Positions 61,900 to 64,000 of a DNA stretch of 64,000 bases are shown piece by piece. Within the stretch, counting starts at the first letter, position 1; every line of letters begins with the position of its first letter. The stretch lies in the IMG/VR virus record IMGVR_UViG_3300027969_000040; one strand, written 5' to 3'. Below the pieces are notes generated by a model, which did no database searches, was not told the origin of the DNA, and saw only the letters and a list, made by a program, of their open reading frames with translations. The translations under genes and the position numbers were made by a program. This DNA comes from a virus (lineage: Duplodnaviria > Caudoviricetes).

Positions 61900-63999
61900 T
61901 TAATACTCGCCACCGTCAATTGTATCTGTATTAGTTAACACAGAATTTCCATTCTTTTTTATGTCTGTTGTTACTGATATATTACCTGCAGATAGTGTTC
62001 TAGTAGCAATTGCATAGCTAAGGTATTGGTTATCTGTTATTAACCCAGATGCTCCTGCTATCAATACTCTATTCTCAATTAAATGTGCATCTTTAAACCC
62101 ATCGGCAGTAACTGCGGCAGTGAATGTACCGGTGCCCTCTACCCTGAGCGGTCTTCCAATTGACCATGCATCGTGCCCGTAATCATACAGTATTGTTGCA
62201 GTACCATCTACGCCTAAATTAAGAGTTAAGCCGCCATTGGCCGATTCGGCCGCTGTAGTTGAATTTTTACCTAATTCAATGTTTAAATCGCCAACCGCAA
62301 CAGTAGTAGAATTTACAATAGTTGTATTGCCGCGTACAGTTAAATTGCCGCCAACAGTCAGATTGCCGCCTATTCCAACACCACCATATACTATAAATGC
62401 CCCTGTGTTTGTTTCGTCGGATTCTGTTAAATTTGTAATAATTACTTGAGAACTAGTAGTGCCGTCAAACCCGCCTCTACTGCCAACATATCCATTGATA
62501 CCCTGACTGCCAGTATATCCATATCCTGTTGCACCAACAGGCCCCGACGACCCTTTTGAACCAACATATCCTTGAGCCCCAGTAACCGATGCGCCTTGAC
62601 TACCTGTATATCCAATTCTAGTACTTGCAGATCCGGTATACCCAATACCGCCAATTGGGCCGGTTGGGCCGGTTATACCTTTGGCGCCAGATAAATCTGT
62701 TATATAAATGTAGCTAATGCCGTTCCATAGGTAAAGCATTGCATCTTCGGGATTTTCAACATTAGTGTCAACAATAGCAAACTGCCCGGCTACAATGCCA
62801 ACTGGCTCAGTATCATCTGTTAGCTCTATTAGAGTTGCATATCTCTTAGCTATAGTAAATCCTAAACCGGTATCCCCTTTACTACCAACATATCCTAATA
62901 TTCCAGTTGCACCAATTGGCCCAGTATCACCTGTATAGCCTCTGCTGCCAACATATCCATTAACACCGCCACTGCCAGTGTATCCGGTTGGGCCTGTTGC
63001 GCCAGCTGGACCTCTTACGCCGGTTGCACCGGTTGCTCCACCAGGGTCACCGGGAGCACCAGTTGGGCCTGTTGCTCCTATTCCGGTTGCGCCCCTTGGT
63101 CCAGTTGCGCCAGTATCACCGTTTGTTCCTTGTAATCCAGTTGCACCGATTGGTCCTGCTAAACCTGGTATTCCAAATCCAGTTGCACCGATTGGTCCAG
63201 TTGCGCCAGTATCGCCGTTTGTTCCTTGCAATCCAGTTGCACCGATTGGTCCTGATGCACCGGTATCGCCCCTGGCACCAGATAATCCAGTTGAGCCGCG
63301 GGCACCAGCCGGGCCGGTTAACCCAAATCCAGTTGCACCAATTGGTCCAGTTGCACCAGTATCCCCGTCTACTCCTTGTAATCCAGTTGCACCAATTGGG
63401 CCTGACGCACCAGTATCCCCGTCTACTCCTTGTAATCCAGTTGCACCAATTGGACCTGCCAAACCCGGTATTCCTATTCCAGTTGCGCCCCTTGGGCCAG
63501 TTGCACCAGTATCACCATCTGCTCCTTGCAATCCAGTTGCACCAATTGCTCCTATACCAGTTGCTCCTCTTGGTCCTACTACACCAGTTGCTCCAATTTG
63601 GCCAGATGTACCTTGAGTTCCTTGTAATCCGGTTGCACCAATTGGGCCTGTCGCGCCGGCATTGCCTTGTACCCCTTGTAGACCAGTTGCACCGATTGCG
63701 CCTGGTGTCCCGTCTATACCCGAGAATCCAGTTGCACCAATTGGTCCAGTTGCACCGGTATCGCCGTTTGTTCCTTGTGATCCAGTTGCGCCCTGAGAAC
63801 CATCTAATCCGTTTATACCCGCAACACCAGTTGCTCCTTTTGGTCCTGCTGCACCAGATGCTCCAGTAATTCCCGACAATCCAGTTGCGCCAATTGTTCC
63901 AGTTGCGCCGGCAACGCCTTGAATTCCTTGCAGACCAGTTGCACCATGGGTGCCTGCCGGCCCTTCTACTCCTTGTAATCCGGTCGCGCCAATTGGTCC
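61900..63999 (-). CDS. Collagen-like fibre protein; partial, start lies beyond the right edge
   Basis: The frame stays open upstream of the track's TTG at 63879 to position 63999 (GPIGATGLQGVEG...). It has more than 100 G-X-Y triplets and ends TDTIDGGEY. Confidence 0.85.
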   Translation of the reverse strand, partial: GPIGATGLQGVEGPAGTHGATGLQGIQGVAGATGTIGATGLSGITGASGAAGPKGATGVAGINGLDGSQGATGSQGTNGDTGATGPIGATGFSGIDGTPGAIGATGLQGVQGNAGATGPIGATGLQGTQGTSGQIGATGVVGPRGATGIGAIGATGLQGADGDTGATGPRGATGIGIPGLAGPIGATGLQGVDGDTGASGPIGATGLQGVDGDTGATGPIGATGFGLTGPAGARGSTGLSGARGDTGASGPIGATGLQGTNGDTGATGPIGATGFGIPGLAGPIGATGLQGTNGDTGATGPRGATGIGATGPTGAPGDPGGATGATGVRGPAGATGPTGYTGSGGVNGYVGSRGYTGDTGPIGATGILGYVGSKGDTGLGFTIAKRYATLIELTDDTEPVGIVAGQFAIVDTNVENPEDAMLYLWNGISYIYITDLSGAKGITGPTGPIGGIGYTGSASTRIGYTGSQGASVTGAQGYVGSKGSSGPVGATGYGYTGSQGINGYVGSRGGFDGTTSSQVIITNLTESDETNTGAFIVYGGVGIGGNLTVGGNLTVRGNTTIVNSTTVAVGDLNIELGKNSTTAAESANGGLTLNLGVDGTATILYDYGHDAWSIGRPLRVEGTGTFTAAVTADGFKDAHLIENRVLIAGASGLITDNQYLSYAIATRTLSAGNISVTTDIKKNGNSVLTNTDTIDGGEY
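62960..63999 (-). repeat. Collagen G-X-Y repeat tract, rich in G-X-T
   Basis: GAT/GPI/GDT/GLQ triplets; a 54-nt near-exact repeat at 63359 and 63413. Confidence 0.9.
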
Positions 64000-64000
64000 A

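Noticed and set aside
62978-63869. Long plus-strand ORFs (212 aa and 293 aa) with Pro-rich or Leu/Gln/His repeats
   Set aside because: These are antisense shadows of the collagen codons (GGN-GCN-ACN), which lack stops in those frames.

Overview
This window is a 64 kb segment of a large T4-like (contractile-tailed) bacteriophage genome, almost all on the minus strand, read in the standard genetic code. Positions 1-16.4 kb hold the head/neck/tail morphogenesis region: acidic internal-protein-like ORFs, a putative small terminase, head completion nuclease, two tube-fold proteins, an enlarged 1135-aa sheath, and gp13/14/15-like neck proteins. This region is interrupted by a degenerate HNH gene, a dNMP kinase and an unknown gene; the last two have sigma70 promoters. 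Positions 16.5-21.2 kb are a translationally coupled operon, preceded by a late-promoter motif, encoding a four-domain glycosyltransferase and two FkbM methyltransferases. Positions 21.2-64 kb are about 43 kb of virion fibre/accessory genes: 24 LamG/ConA-like domains in five proteins (one of 3732 aa), glycine-rich domains, a duplicated ~620-aa pair, small adaptor-like proteins and Thr-rich collagen-like fibres. The most striking observation is that the LamG domains are inserted inside one another and inside glycine-rich domains. In the 3732-aa protein the domain cores and their terminal segments balance like brackets, to a depth of four. The second is the candidate virion glycosylation/methylation system beside Thr-rich collagen and lectin fibres. 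T4-type late promoter cores (TAAATA) precede most structural genes. I saw no tRNA, CRISPR array, DGR or transposon. All family assignments come from motif recognition by eye, not from database searches.
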